Source: Takakia lepidozioides
Lineage: Eukaryota > Plantae > Bryophyta
Assembly (NCBI GenBank): GCA_030704615.1
Contig: CM060733.1
Coordinates: 73,904,001-73,968,000 of the forward strand
Direction: 5' to 3'
Length of the DNA: 64,000 nucleotides
The position numbers were made by a program, and so were the translations under genes. Positions 45,640 to 57,970 of the stretch are shown here, in pieces; position 1 is the first letter of the stretch, and the number at the start of each line of letters is the position of its first letter. The notes beneath the pieces were generated by a model. That model made no database searches. It saw only the letters and a program-made list of their open reading frames with translations, and had not been told where the DNA came from.

Positions 45640-47150
45640 TCAGGGGGCAACAAAGAAAAGAAAAGAAGGTGGGGGGGGGGAGTGACTGAGCAGCTGCTGC
45701 TGCTCAGTCACTCCCCCCCCCACATTTTTTGTTTTTCTTTGTTGCCCCCTCTCTTGGGGAAACAAAAGGGACAGATCCTACCTCTGTCAGGGGCTGACGT
45801 TGGTAGTAAGACTTACCTTCACATATAGAATTAATCCGGGTTTTCCAGATATCCTCTACAAATCCCTTCACACAAGCATCAATCTGCTGTGTGTGAGTTG
45901 CCCAAAAACTAGGCCTCAGAAGGGGCTGGGCTTTTGGCTCAGCCTCGACTTTTTCAAAGTTAGTAAACAGAGGTACATGCACAATTCCCTTGATAGATCT
46001 GAAGAGAGCGTCTCTTTGGTGAGAGAACCCCGGACAGTGTATCAGAAAATGAATAATGTCTTCAGGTTGCCCACAGACATGGTTGGACACTACAACCTCT
46101 AAGTCAGATTTATCCAGCAGGGTGAAGACTTGCGGTTCCAGGTCCAGGTCCTTGAGAATCTCTTCTACTGTCTTCTACCAGGACTTAGCCTGTTTGACAG
46201 GTCGGTGGGCGGTCCTGTTTCCAAGATATAGAGTCGATTAATTTAAGATATCTGGTGTTGGACATATGTTGCAGCTGAACCCACCATCTGACCTTGATTT
46301 TATCTCGTTGGGAGCTTAAAAGAGAGCAGCACAGAAGGAGCTGCTGCTGCTCAGTCACTCCCTCCCCCCCCACATTCTCTGTTTTTCTTTGTTGCCCCCT
46401 CTCTTGGGGAAACAAAAGGGACAAATCCTACCTTTGTCAGGGGCTGACGTTTGTAGTAAGACTTACCTTCACATATAGAATTAATCCGGGTTTTCCAGAT
46501 ATCCTCTACAAATCCCTTCACACAAGCATCAATCTGTTGTGTGTGAGATGCCCAAAAACTAGGCCTCGGAAGGGGCTGGGCTTTTGGCTCAGCCTCGAGA
46601 CTTTCAAAGTTAGTAAACAGAGGTACATGCACAATTCCCTTGATAGATTTGAAGAGAGCGTCTCTTTGGTGAGAGAACCCCGGACAGTGTATCAGAAAAT
46701 GAGTACTATCTTCAGATTGCCCACACAACGGGCAATTGCACTCTCCCTTTCCTCTCTGCTTTTGTTTGCTGTTCAAAGGTAGGCTTCCTGCCCTGAGTTT
46801 AAATTTCAGTCTAGTGCCGAGAGTGGGTAGACCCTTGTGGTCATCCAAGATGTCCTCCCCCATGTCACTAACTGGAAACAAGTTCAGGGAAGTTTTTTTG
46901 CCTAACTTCATTTTCATCAGACAATCTCATGGCAACAGACATGGTTGGACACTACAACCTCTAAGTCAGATTTATCCAGCAGGGTGAAGACTTGCGGTTC
47001 CAGGTCCAGGTCCTTGAGAATCTCTTCTACTATCTTCTGCCAGGACTTAGCCTGTTTAACAGGTCGGTGGGCGGTCCTGTTTCCATGATATAGAGTCGAT
47101 TAACTTAGGATATATGGTGTTGGACATATGCTGCAGCTGACCCCACCATC
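45640..47150 (-). mobile_element. Tandemly duplicated 3' fragment of a non-LTR retrotransposon (C-terminal CCHC zinc-binding region)
   Basis: 46351-46917 reads RLKFKLRAGSLPLN..CPLC..EDSTHFLIHC; 45704-46090 is a deleted second copy; 46075-46290 repeats 46935-47150. Confidence 0.7.
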
Positions 47151-47788
47151 TGACCTCCCCCCCCCCCCAACCCATGTTTTTTCATTGTTGCCCCCTCTCT
47201 CCCTCTCCCTCTCTCTCCCACTCTCTCCCTCTCTCTTATTAACTTTTTCTACCCCCTCTTTCCCTCTGTGGTTTTTTTTTTTTTGTGAGCAGCACGAAAG
47301 AGAGGGAAGATATTCATGTCATGTCAAGACATAGAGAAGACTTAGTAAAAGTCATTGTCAAGAAAAATGACATAGCAGCCTCATTACAAAGCATTGTCAA
47401 ACATCTCCTTACATGTACAATCCCAGAAAAAAGATCCTTAAATTACAAGGTATCCTTATATCATCATGTTAACACTTCCCCTCCATAAATAGTTCATCTT
47501 AAATAAAAGAGACTGGATTTCAAAGTTCTTGAAATCATAGGGTGGGAGGGTGGGGTCTTCTAAAAAATCAAACACATAGCATGAGCATGTAGGGTTCTGA
47601 AGAATATATGCACGTTTGCATACAGTCAATCAATCAAAGTCTGAACCACTTTATTTAAAACATACTGAGTTTTAAATAAGAGCTGTACGTGTTCCAGTGG
47701 CTTACAACAACCAAACAGAGGGCAAATGCTGTGATGATCATACAAAAACCCGTAAGTCATTACCATGTCACATTCCCAATCTCTGGGG

Positions 47789-49371
47789 ACCCACTGATGG
47801 TTTGTAATTCGCTTGATGTGATCAAACATCACCCAAGCATTCGACAAGTTTCCAGTTGTCATGCGAGTGACCAAGTCGACTCCACTCCCAGGCCCACACG
47901 TCGACATTTTGAAAATGTAACAACGATCGGATTCGCTGCCTTGCCCTGGAAACCTGCTACCTTGGATGTAGTCATATCCAGTCATTCGTTTCACCTCCAG
48001 GATTGAGTACATGTCCGACCCCCTGCCGAACTCCTGCTTGCAAGATACGATGTGATTCCGCACATTCGGACTACAAACGTGCGAGACGGACTCCAAGAGG
48101 TCACGCATCTCGTCTTCGGTCAAGGGCTCTCGGTCGGAACCATCTTCAGACATGATTTTGCCAAGAGCAATCTTGTGGGCTGCCTTCAGCTGAATCTGCT
48201 TTGGTCTGGCTCCGGGGCTCAATTTCACCTCCTCTTTTATGATGTCGTGTGCTTCCTGCACAGCCTCACGCATGTTGCCTCTCGCCAAGGGGTGGCAGTG
48301 GACCCCAACGTGTATGCAAGCTCTAGTCAAGTCCGGGAGCAAATGGATAACGTAGTATTGCTTGGCTCTGCACATGGACATGCACGTCGGTGGTTCTTTG
48401 CAATGTGCACACTTGAAAGAACCCGCAGGAGCTTGGCTGGAGACAATGAATGGATGATGCGTTGTGCCAGTCCAATCCGTCTCGTTTCTCCGCCCTCCTT
48501 TGGAGAGAAAGTGGAAGTAGGTGGGATTGAGGCACCTCAGCTTCCCCGCACAGAGGACATATCGTACACGAACACCATCAGCAATTTTCGTGCTACTGGT
48601 CTTCGTCACACACCAGGGGTGTCCGTCATGCTTTCGATCCATGTCTGTTAACATCCCGGAGGCTTTCTTTGACGAAGAAACAGGTGGAAACTCGAAGATG
48701 ACATTGCCATCGACTTCGGGAGGCAGAAAAGTTACCTTTCTGACTGGGAATTTGGCATAGTCGAGAGCAGCCAGCTCGGAGCGAGAACCATCGAGGTGAT
48801 GTTGTCGTAGGAGCTGCACAATGGACCGGGTTGGAGTTATGCTCGAGGGCACATGCGTAGCACCTACAGAGACGTCCATGCCGGATTTGAACGACCGTGT
48901 GGAGGACATGGGTACCTCAATGCAATCATCTTCCTCGTCGGAAATGTCGAATACGTCCACACGAGAAGCTATGGAGGGTCTTGACGGTCCAGGTCGGGAA
49001 TGATTATCGTTGCATACCTCTCTGTTGGCAGTGGCCGCCTCTCGGTTTCCAGACTCCTTTGTGGATGGTGTGGGCAGCGACTGATTCGGAAAGGGAATGG
49101 GCATTCCCACAGCTCGGTACAGGATGGTGTCTGACGGGGGAACGTGCCATTCGATTCTGCAACCTCCGTCGTTACCTAGCACGACAATGGTCTCGTCAAC
49201 CTGTCCAGGAACATCCTTCCTTTCTTCTTCCAAATAAACTATGCCCGGTTTGAGCTTGAATTTGGAACAAAGGTAAGTTTCAGTCACTTTGCAAAGTCCT
49301 CCCTCGTTTGGGATCCAGGCTCTCCCAAGTTGCGGAGGACAACAAACTATAGCGTAGGAATTCAGAGCCAT
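47789..49371 (-). pseudogene. MULE transposase copy D, 5' half (truncated after NHQWV)
   Basis: Near-identical to copy A 1585-3159, including the upstream region (49372-49750 = 3160-3535); similarity ends abruptly at 47789. Confidence 0.9.
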
Positions 49372-49798
49372 CGAACACCGCACGGAGTTGGCAAGTGCGA
49401 GGTTCAGTATAGCGACAGACCAAGGCTCACAGGCACCATCTAAGTGGATCTGCGGAGTCCATCGACGATTGGAAGTCGCACATTGAAGTGGAAAGTATTG
49501 TTTCAAGCTACATGCATGAAGGTGGGAGGTTTGATTCCATAGCCAGTGAGTATGACAATGATGGCCGATTCGGCGACGAAATAACATCTCCTGACAGTTT
49601 CTCCTGAGGGTGGATCCAGCAGTATTCTCAGTGCAGACAGGAACGTTCGCACTGACAAGTGCCAGGACTGCTGGTTAAAACGGTCAGACAACCAAGTTGT
49701 GCTCATCAAGACTGGCCGCAATTGTGTTGTTTCGGAACAATGCAACCCATTCAGGTTCCAGATTTCCCGTCCCGAGTGATTCTTTCGATTGCTGGTGG

Positions 49799-51560
49799 AC
49801 GGAAATACGGCGCCGCATTTCCGTATTGCATCTTGGTCATGCACCAGAGCGACGGAAATGCGGCACCGAGTTTCCGTCCGGGGGAAACCTTTATACTCTC
49901 CAGAACGGAAATGCGGTAACGCATTTCCATCCAGCAAGCACGGTATGTGAAGGTGGAACGGAAATGCGGTACCGCATTTCCGTTCTGATTGAGAATTATG
50001 AACAACGGGAACAGAAATGCGGCACCGCATTTCCGTCCGAGTCGCACTTTTCCGACATTTCAGAACGGAAAAGCGGCGCCGCATTTCCATTTTGTATCTG
50101 ATGCATGGAGCTGAGGGATTGAAATGCTGCAGCACATTTCCGTCCTTAAAAACATTCATACTCTCCAGAACGGAAATGCGGTACCGCATTTTCATTCAAC
50201 AAGCACGGTATGTGAAGGTGGAACGGAAATGCGGTACCGCATTTCCGTTCTGATTGAGATTTATGAACAACGGGAACAGAAATGCGGCACCGCATTTCCG
50301 TCCGAGTCGCACTTTTCGACATTCCAGAACGGAAATGCGGCGCCGCATTTCCATTTTGTATCTGATGCATGGAGCCGAGTGCGATTCCGACAGCTTCATA
50401 CAGCGCAATTCCGACCGCTTGAGACATTCATACTATCCAGAACGGAAATGCGGCAACGCATTTCCGTTCTGACTGAAAATCGTGAACCATCTGAACTAAA
50501 ATGCGGCACCGTATTTCCATCCGAGTCGCACCTACCAACATTCCAGAACGGAAATGCGGTACCGCATTTCCGTTCTGACTGAAAATCGTGAACCGTCGGA
50601 ACTGAAATGCGGCAACGCATTTCCATCCGAGTCGCACCTCCCAACATTCCAGAACGGAATGTATTAGATTCAAAAGGGAAATGCGGCACCGCATTTCCGT
50701 TCTGATGAAATATCCTGAAACATCGGAACTGAAATGCGGTACCGCATTTCCGTCGGAGTCGCACCTTCCGACATTCCAAAACGGAAATGCGGCGCCGCAT
50801 TTCCGTTTTGTATGTGAGGCATGGAGCTGTGGAACGAAAATGCGGCACGGCATTTCCGCCAGCGTCAGACGTTAATACTCTACAGAACGGAAATGCGGTA
50901 CCGCATTTCCATTCTGACTGAAAATCGTGCGCAACGGGAACAGAAATCCGGCACCGCATTTCCGTTCGAGTCGCACCTTCCGACATTCTAGAACGGAAAT
51001 GCGGCGCCGCATTTCCGTTTTGTATATTGGGCCTGGAGCTGTGCTACGAAAATGTGTTGCCGCATTTCCATCCATGTGAGACCTTCAAACTTTCCGGACC
51101 GGAAATGCGGCACCGCATTTCTGTCCAGGTGAGACCTCTATACTTTCCCGAACGGAAATGTGGCACGGCATTTCCATTCATCATCTAACGTATGTGAAGT
51201 GGGAACGGAAATGCGGTACCGCATTTCCGTTCACATTGAAAATCATGAACCACGGGAACTGAAATGTTGTGCCTCATTCCCGTCCCAATCGCACCTTTCG
51301 ACATTCCAGAACGGAAATGCGGCGCCGCATTTCCCTTTTGAATCTCATACTTGGAGCTGTGGGACGGAAATGCGGCACCGTATTTCCGTTCAACAACTAA
51401 GGTATGTGAAGGTGGAACGGAAATGCGGTGCCGCATTTTCTTCCAACAAGTACGGATGTGTAGCTTCGTGATGGTACTTAACGGAAATGCGGCGCCGCAT
51501 TCGCATTTTCGCTCCAACTCATCAGACGCTGGGACGGAAATACCTTGAAATGTGAACACG
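49799..51560. repeat. Intergenic palindrome array of element D (ACGGAAATGCGGYRCCGCATTTCCGT), 53-bp period
   Basis: About 32 units, e.g. starts 49801, 49854, 49907, 49960, 50013 ... 50730, 50783, 50836, 50889, 50942, 50995, 51048, 51101, 51154, 51207, 51260, 51313, 51366, 51419. Confidence 0.97.
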
Positions 51561-51853
51561 TGGAGCAACGGAATTGCTGCACATGTCGGCACTCTATCTG
51601 ACTGAAGGGGCATGAGGCGGCGCGGCCTGACCGTTCGATAATGATGTTTGTTTTTCGGACGGCAGGCGTACCCTCAACGATTCGAATTTCGTAATGACGC
51701 AAACTCCACGAGGAGACACTTTCGTCCAACCCTTTCGAACCCAAGTGGTGCATCACCGCCGTTTCATCTACTTTTGTCGTGTCTCCTCAGTCACCCCTCT
51801 CGCGCCCTTTCCATCTGCACTCTTTGGCCCTTTTCCCTCTCTCTGTTCTTCTT

Positions 51854-54800
51854 ATGCTCGAACCTGAGAGGGGGGGAGTTCGTGCACCAGACAGGAGACC
51901 TCGTCGCAAGCTCCGGAAATTATACTTCGGACGTAGGCCAATGCCGAAGGGGAGGAAGCAGATGCGTCTACAGGAGGAGATTGCCATCTCCGAGCAGCAG
52001 GCCACTCAGGCAACCCAGCCACCAGTGAGAGCTCCATGCGATCGGGCTGCGCGCAGCTGATCGAGCACCGAACCCCCCATTTTGCTTCTGTAATTCTTAG
52101 ACTGAATGCTAGGAGACTTGAATGCAGAACATGTTTGCATGCCTAACAGGAAAGGTGGACGTGCTGGAGGGATCGCAGGAATCCGAAGAGCCGCAGGAAG
52201 AGTCCGAGGAGCTAGCTGCAGCACGTACACCCACCCGATCCCCGAGCGCGGGTATTCCTGCCGGGCCTAGCCCTCTGCGATTCAAAGACGCGTCTTCGAA
52301 GGGCAAGTTCAAAGTCCCAGAGATCGACTCGCGTTCTTCGGTCATGGAGAATCGCCAGCAGGGGTCGGGCCCTTCTCCAGCAAAGTCGAAGAAGAAGCAG
52401 CCCGTCCCTCTACTGGCTTCTGAACCGGCTCAGGCCGATTCACCCCCCCCAACGCGAATGAAGCAGCAGGGTAGAAGACAGATTCAATTGCAGCAGACAC
52501 CTTCACCTGCAAGGATGAGGAAGCAGAAGGCAATCAGGGCGACGGGCGAACAATCTCCCGCAAAACCGCTTCCACGAGCTGAAGCTCAGTTCCTGGAGGA
52601 TTTCCCGCCTGCAGATGTTGGGGCCGACTCTGCTGCAGCGAAGGCAATGGGATCGACCGTTGATCTCGATTTGGTACCGGAGGAGGGTGCTGCCGCTCAA
52701 CGTTCGCAGCAAGACCTCACCACCGATGAGCAAGCAGGCCCGGAGGAGGCCTCTGCAATGGCAGAATTGCCCGCAGACAGGCCCCAGAGTGCAGCTCCAG
52801 TTGAGGATGCTCCAGCTGCTCAGCCACTACCGGCACCTACAGACATGTCTCCGGAGGATTTCAAAAGTGCAGCGGATAAAATGTTGGAGGAGACACACAG
52901 TAGCATTGGCAGAGTTCTGGGCAGCAGGGTATTCCAGCGGACTCTTCGAATCCCACTCTGTCGCATGGTCTCCCTTCCCATCGTCAGGCAGGCCCTTCCC
53001 GGAGATGTGGATAAGCTCAAGTTCGCATTTCGAGAAGGGTACCGTCTGGGATCGGCAGCGTTTTACGTTTCCATTGAGAATGAGGACGGCGAAACTCGTG
53101 GACCCACTGCCGATGAATTGTCAACGTGGGATACCCACTGGCACACTCGCAACCACGAATTCGAGGCGACGCTGAAGGGTGATCCAGACTTCGGCCATAT
53201 GTCGGGTAAAATGTTCTTTGTGTGGGACGGGAATCACCGACTTCTCGCCTGGTGGGAGTACATCAAGCAGAACCATGCCAAGCACATTGGCTGGCATTAC
53301 ATGGTGGAGTGTGTCATCCTCAAGGTGAAGGCGGCAGACTCCTCCCTGCTCAAGAATGCCATGGCGGACCTCAACTCGTAAGATACTCATACCCTCCCTA
53401 GCACGTTCGAAATGCGGTGCCGCATTTCGGTTTCCATTCTGGTTTGTTTCCGTGCTTCCGTGTACTGAACTGGAGAGTGTGCCTTGCAGGGTCACTGAGA
53501 ATGCGTACGTGCATACCCACATGGCACACATGCTGTACAGGGTGAGGAAAACTGGTCTCACTGATCCGCAGATGTTTGCGGAAATGCTGGAGCCCGAGCT
53601 CATTCAGAAAGCCGTTGCAAAAACAGACCGGACATGGTATCGTCTCACTATGGATGGAATGGTGGAGGTGATATACGAAGTAAGTCGTCCTCCAATTTCC
53701 CTCTGCTCATCCTTCCCCAATTTTCAGTAATGTTTCCACATGAATCGAATGTAACGCTTCTGCATGTTTTTGTTGGCAGTCAAACATCAAGCTGGATTTG
53801 GCCCATGCCAAACGCTTCTTCATGGAAAGTGAGGGGCAGGTCAAAACGTTGCAGTCATTGACTGAGCACTTGAAGGAAGCCGGTGTCAAGTCCAGAACCA
53901 AATACAAGTCAAAGCTTGTGAAGCTGGTGGCAATTGCAGATCCGGCACTTGGAAAGGACTTCATCCCCGAGATTGCAAAACACTATTCTCGGGCCATGCA
54001 GCCGACCATGCAATTGGAGAAACTGCATCACCTCTCAACGGCATGTGTGGAGGCGAAAGAGAAGGTGAGGTTTCAATGCACTGAAGTTCCTTCCTAGCAA
54101 TAGCCACTCTCTTCCAGCTCCTGACATTGGATCGGAAATGGCAGACACGGTGGCTGTCGATCTGGAATGCATCCGAGAGCATAAGGACAATGTGGTCTTT
54201 TCCACTGGAAGTTTCCGACCCTGCAGTGGATGTGTGGCTCAACCGTATGACTTGGTGGTTCCAGGTAATTCAAGGTACTTCCCCAGATTTGCTTTTCTGA
54301 CATGAATTCCCTGAACTGCTACGTGACAATGCATTTGGGAATCGCAGGTAATGTCGAATGCGAAGGAGCAAGTCGTAATGCACACAAATTCGTTCGGCTT
54401 GTACGTCAAATGGGATGGAACACAGACATTGGAAGACTACGTGACACGTTTCAGATGTGCGTACAAGGACAACCTTTTCGCCAGAGAGCTACAGACAGCA
54501 AGAAGGAGCGTGGAGTTTACACATCAGGAGGGAGCGGGGAAAGCTGCAATGCGAATTGTTTACAGGTGAAGCACAGCTGCCCTTGTATGCGAAGCCTGGT
54601 TACGAGGTTTGTCTCGGAAATGCGGCACCGCATTCGCATTTTATGTTTTCGGTGGCACTCTGCCAGTAGGTTGGTCTCAACTTTTGCTCACGCATGCTGA
54701 CTGCCTTGCAGGTATATGAAATACGTGCTCCTTCAGACAGGGGCCCTGGCTCAAGAGCCCCCGTTCTTCATGGCTTGGACCGTGGCGGGCCCAAGCTGTG

Positions 54801-57065
54801 TCTACACACCCGAGATGCAGAAACAATGGCATCCCGCGCATCTCGTTGGATGCCCGTGGTACCTGGACATGTCTGGCGGTATTGTTGACGAGTCTGAGAA
54901 AGATCTGCACGCCTTGGCAGAAGAGAAGAGAAAGGAAAGACGTGTCCCTGCTGGGCCAAAGTCGGCAAAGGAATCTGCTGCTCTGGAAGAATCCAGAAAG
55001 GCAGCTGAGATGGCACAAAAGACGGTGGATGCAGCTGTGCAGGCCCAACAGAAGGGGTCGAAGAAGAGGACTCGCCAGCAAGGAGCAGCTGTTGTGACAC
55101 CCGCCAAAACGAAGAAGCAGAAACAGCCTGTTCAGGAAGAGGGTGAGGAAGAGGACTCCGATGGAGACTTTGCAACCAGCCCACCCCCCCAAACGCAGGC
55201 TGCCTCCCCTGTGCCCACCGTTGTCACGAGAGGCACGAGAACTGGCTCGGCAAAGAAGGCACTCTTCAACCCCCCAGGGGGGCACCCTTTCGAGCCGGTG
55301 GAAATGAAGAGGCCGAAAGTGGCTCCCGAAACAGTAGTCCAGTGTGTAAATGAGAGTTTCTTGGCGGCTTTGGATGGACGGGCAGCCAAGTTGGCATACA
55401 TGAAGACCATGGAGGGTCTGAAGGGCAGAGCACTGAAGAAGGCGACTGCCGAAGAGCCTTCCGACACCCCAGGATTTCAGAATATGGTCTCGTTCTTTGA
55501 GAGGGTGTGTGCAGACAAGGATTGTAGGAGGGGCGGAAATGCCACCGAGTGGTCTTGCGATATGATCATCTTGGATATTCCGGACGGAGAGCCTGTGGAA
55601 GGACTGCAAGCTTTGCCATCTTGGAACAGGTACTCGGAGGACTTTTGGAAGAAAGGATTCGGGCTTGCCCGCATGGTGTTGGACGACAGAGGCTGTGTGG
55701 TTGTCCTGGCGAGCAGAGGAAAAAACACTCAGACAGGAATTGCGAAGTGGACCCGCAAGAGCGCCGTCCCGATTCTGAAAAAGAAGTGGACGTGCATCAA
55801 CACACTGGGCCTTCGGTCGGAAGGGAAGAAGGTGATTACGACACTGGCACTCGTCCATTCATTTGCTTGGGTGTTTTCAAATGCGGTGCCGCATTCGGTT
55901 TCTAATCGTTTTCCCCCTGTGTATGCAGACGAAGCAGTTCGATGCATACTGCTTTGTGAAGGAGAACTCCACCTTTGCTTTCCGGAAGGAGGGAGGAAAG
56001 GTTGACCCGAACTGCGACCCACTCGATTACGACGTTCTGTTCAACAACGTTCCCAAGGAACTTCTCCCTCATAGCCTCACTTCAACGGAACCCCTGCGGT
56101 ACTCACGGACTCGGAGCCCTGCCTTCATTCAGACAATTATGGAGACATGCACAGACGTGGAGGGCACAGTGCTCGACCTCATCTGTGGGACAGGTATGCA
56201 GAATCTTGATCTATGCTGTTCTGCAAATTCTCGTTAGGATGTAGTTCGCAACATCTGAAGCGCCATGTGGTAATGTGTGGATGGCATTGTAACAGGTGCC
56301 TCAATGTGGGCTGGGCGGTTTTCCGACCGGCACCTCTTTGCCTACGAGGAGGATTCATCCGTGTGGGGATCCCATCTGGAGGGGCTGCAACGGAATGTGA
56401 AGGCTCCCGACAGAGCGGAAGTCTCCTCGGATTCGTCGGAGTCCGAGGAAGACACAGTGGACATTGATGCGGAGGAGAACCCGGAATACGAGTGAGTGCA
56501 AACATTGTAAGTTTGCAAAGCCTTCTGGGTCATTTATGTCAAACGAATTTCCCGACTGTGGTTCTCATTAGTCTCGTTGATGATTGTCATGTGCAGGATT
56601 GCAGGGTCCGGGTCGAAACATGTAGGGCCTACACTTCCTGCCAGGAAGAATGTCCCGTTCTTTGCGAGGGCCGACTTCATGACGAGCCCGGTGAGGGACT
56701 ACTCCCTTCCTAGTTATGCAGCTAAACTCGCAAATACAGCGATTAGAAGAAGTGAGAATCCCAGTAAAGTAGAGCAGATTTTGGAGAGGGCTAGGGAGGA
56801 CAGAAGGATAAGGAAAGAGTTGGCAGCAGCTCAGACAGGTAGACGGGTACGAAAGTACATATGTGATTCAGCGGATGAGAGCGACGCAGACAGGGAGGAA
56901 GACGACCCAACGGAGGTGAGATGGACAGTTCCGCAAGGGGAAGATGGGATTTTCGAAAGCCTGGCCAACGAGCAGTCCGCTGGAGATGAGAGAGGCACTG
57001 AGGGGGTGGAGGAGGAGCAGGACAGTCTAGAACAGGATGAGGATTCGGATGATTTTCAAGATTAA
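51854..57065 (+). CDS. ParB/Srx-like domain + beta-class N6A/N4C DNA methyltransferase-like protein, ~1,400 aa, apparently intact
   Basis: Hand-spliced GT-AG model: 51854-52024, 52155-53377, 53490-53679, 53780-54064, 54145-54264, 54348-54565, 54712-55831, 55929-56193, 56296-56491, 56597-57065 (4257 nt, open frame). The first intron boundary is least certain; several intron positions are shared with copies C and E. Motifs: FFVWDGNHRLLAW, CDMIILDIPDG, RSPAFIQTIMETCTDVEGTVLDLICGTGASMWAGRFSDRHLFAYEED. Confidence 0.8.
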
Positions 57066-57201
57066 TAGAATTTTAATGAAGTCTCTGTAAATGTAAATTC
57101 TCTTCCAGAGTATATAAAGGAAATTCTGCCCGACATTCGTGACCCCTCTCCAGTGTGCATTCCAGCCACACAATCGCCCAAACCACGACGCTCCCAAAAT
57201 C

Positions 57202-57970
57202 AGAAATGGGGCACCGCATTTCCAAAATTTTGGCAACTCTAAGAACCTCTTTTGGAAATGCGGCACCGCATTTCCAAAACAGGGGAGGGACTAAATTTTC
57301 CATTTCAATGTTGGCATAGTAAAAAGTAATCTGAATTGGAAATGCGGTGCCGCATTTCCAAAATTTCCTTTGTCCACACGCCAGTTTTGGCCTCTCCCGC
57401 TCATTGCATGGATGCCACCACGCTTACAGAGGTCGAACAAGGAGGTCGAACAAGGAGGTCGAGATGGCGGGATTGAAAATGCGGTGCCGCATTTCAGTAT
57501 TGGGGATGGTCGTTGTTCGAACTGCAGGCCCATCAGCAAAAAATTGGCACCGCATTCCATTGTTAAAAAAAAGTCGATGACGGACATGGAAATGCGGCGC
57601 CGCATTTCCAGAACGGACATCGCAATTTGTCCATTTGCAGACCCTCTCTCGGAAATGCGGTAACGCATTCCATCGCGCTGGTCGGAAATGTCACACTTTT
57701 CGAAGTGTTGTACGGAAATGCGGCACCGCATTCCCTTGTCCAAAAAGAAGTTTCCATTGCCAAGCTGGAAATGCGTCGCCGCATTTGCAATGCCAACCTC
57801 GTTTTCTGATCAATTTATAGACCCGTGTTGGTATTTCGTGTACCTGGACGGAAATGATGCACCGCATTTTCTTGTCGGACATGGAAATGCGGTGCCGCAT
57901 TTCGATGCCGACATGGAAATGCGGCGCCGCATTTCGATGCCGACATGGAAATGCGGTGCCGCATTTCAAT
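57202..57970. repeat. Downstream array of the D-type palindrome
   Basis: GGAAATGCGGYRCCGCATTTC at 57202, 57254, 57338, 57475, 57538, 57588, 57651, 57714, 57767, 57850, 57883, 57915, 57947. Confidence 0.93.

Noticed and set aside
43860-47560. Similar blocks at 43860-44050 and 47310-47560 as an LTR pair of the large Ty3 element
   Set aside because: Similarity is patchy, lacks TG..CA ends and a PBS, and does not match the LTR at 30990-31911.
49799-51560. CRISPR array (palindromic repeat plus constant-length spacers)
   Set aside because: Spacers recur as higher-order repeats (e.g. CCGAGTCGCAC..ACATTCCAGAAC many times), repeats are degenerate, no cas genes are present and the context is eukaryotic with introns.
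51854-57065. Bacterial/phage contamination as the source of the ParB-MTase-like sequence
   Set aside because: The gene has multiple GT-AG introns at positions shared between copies and is interleaved with plant-type retrotransposons.
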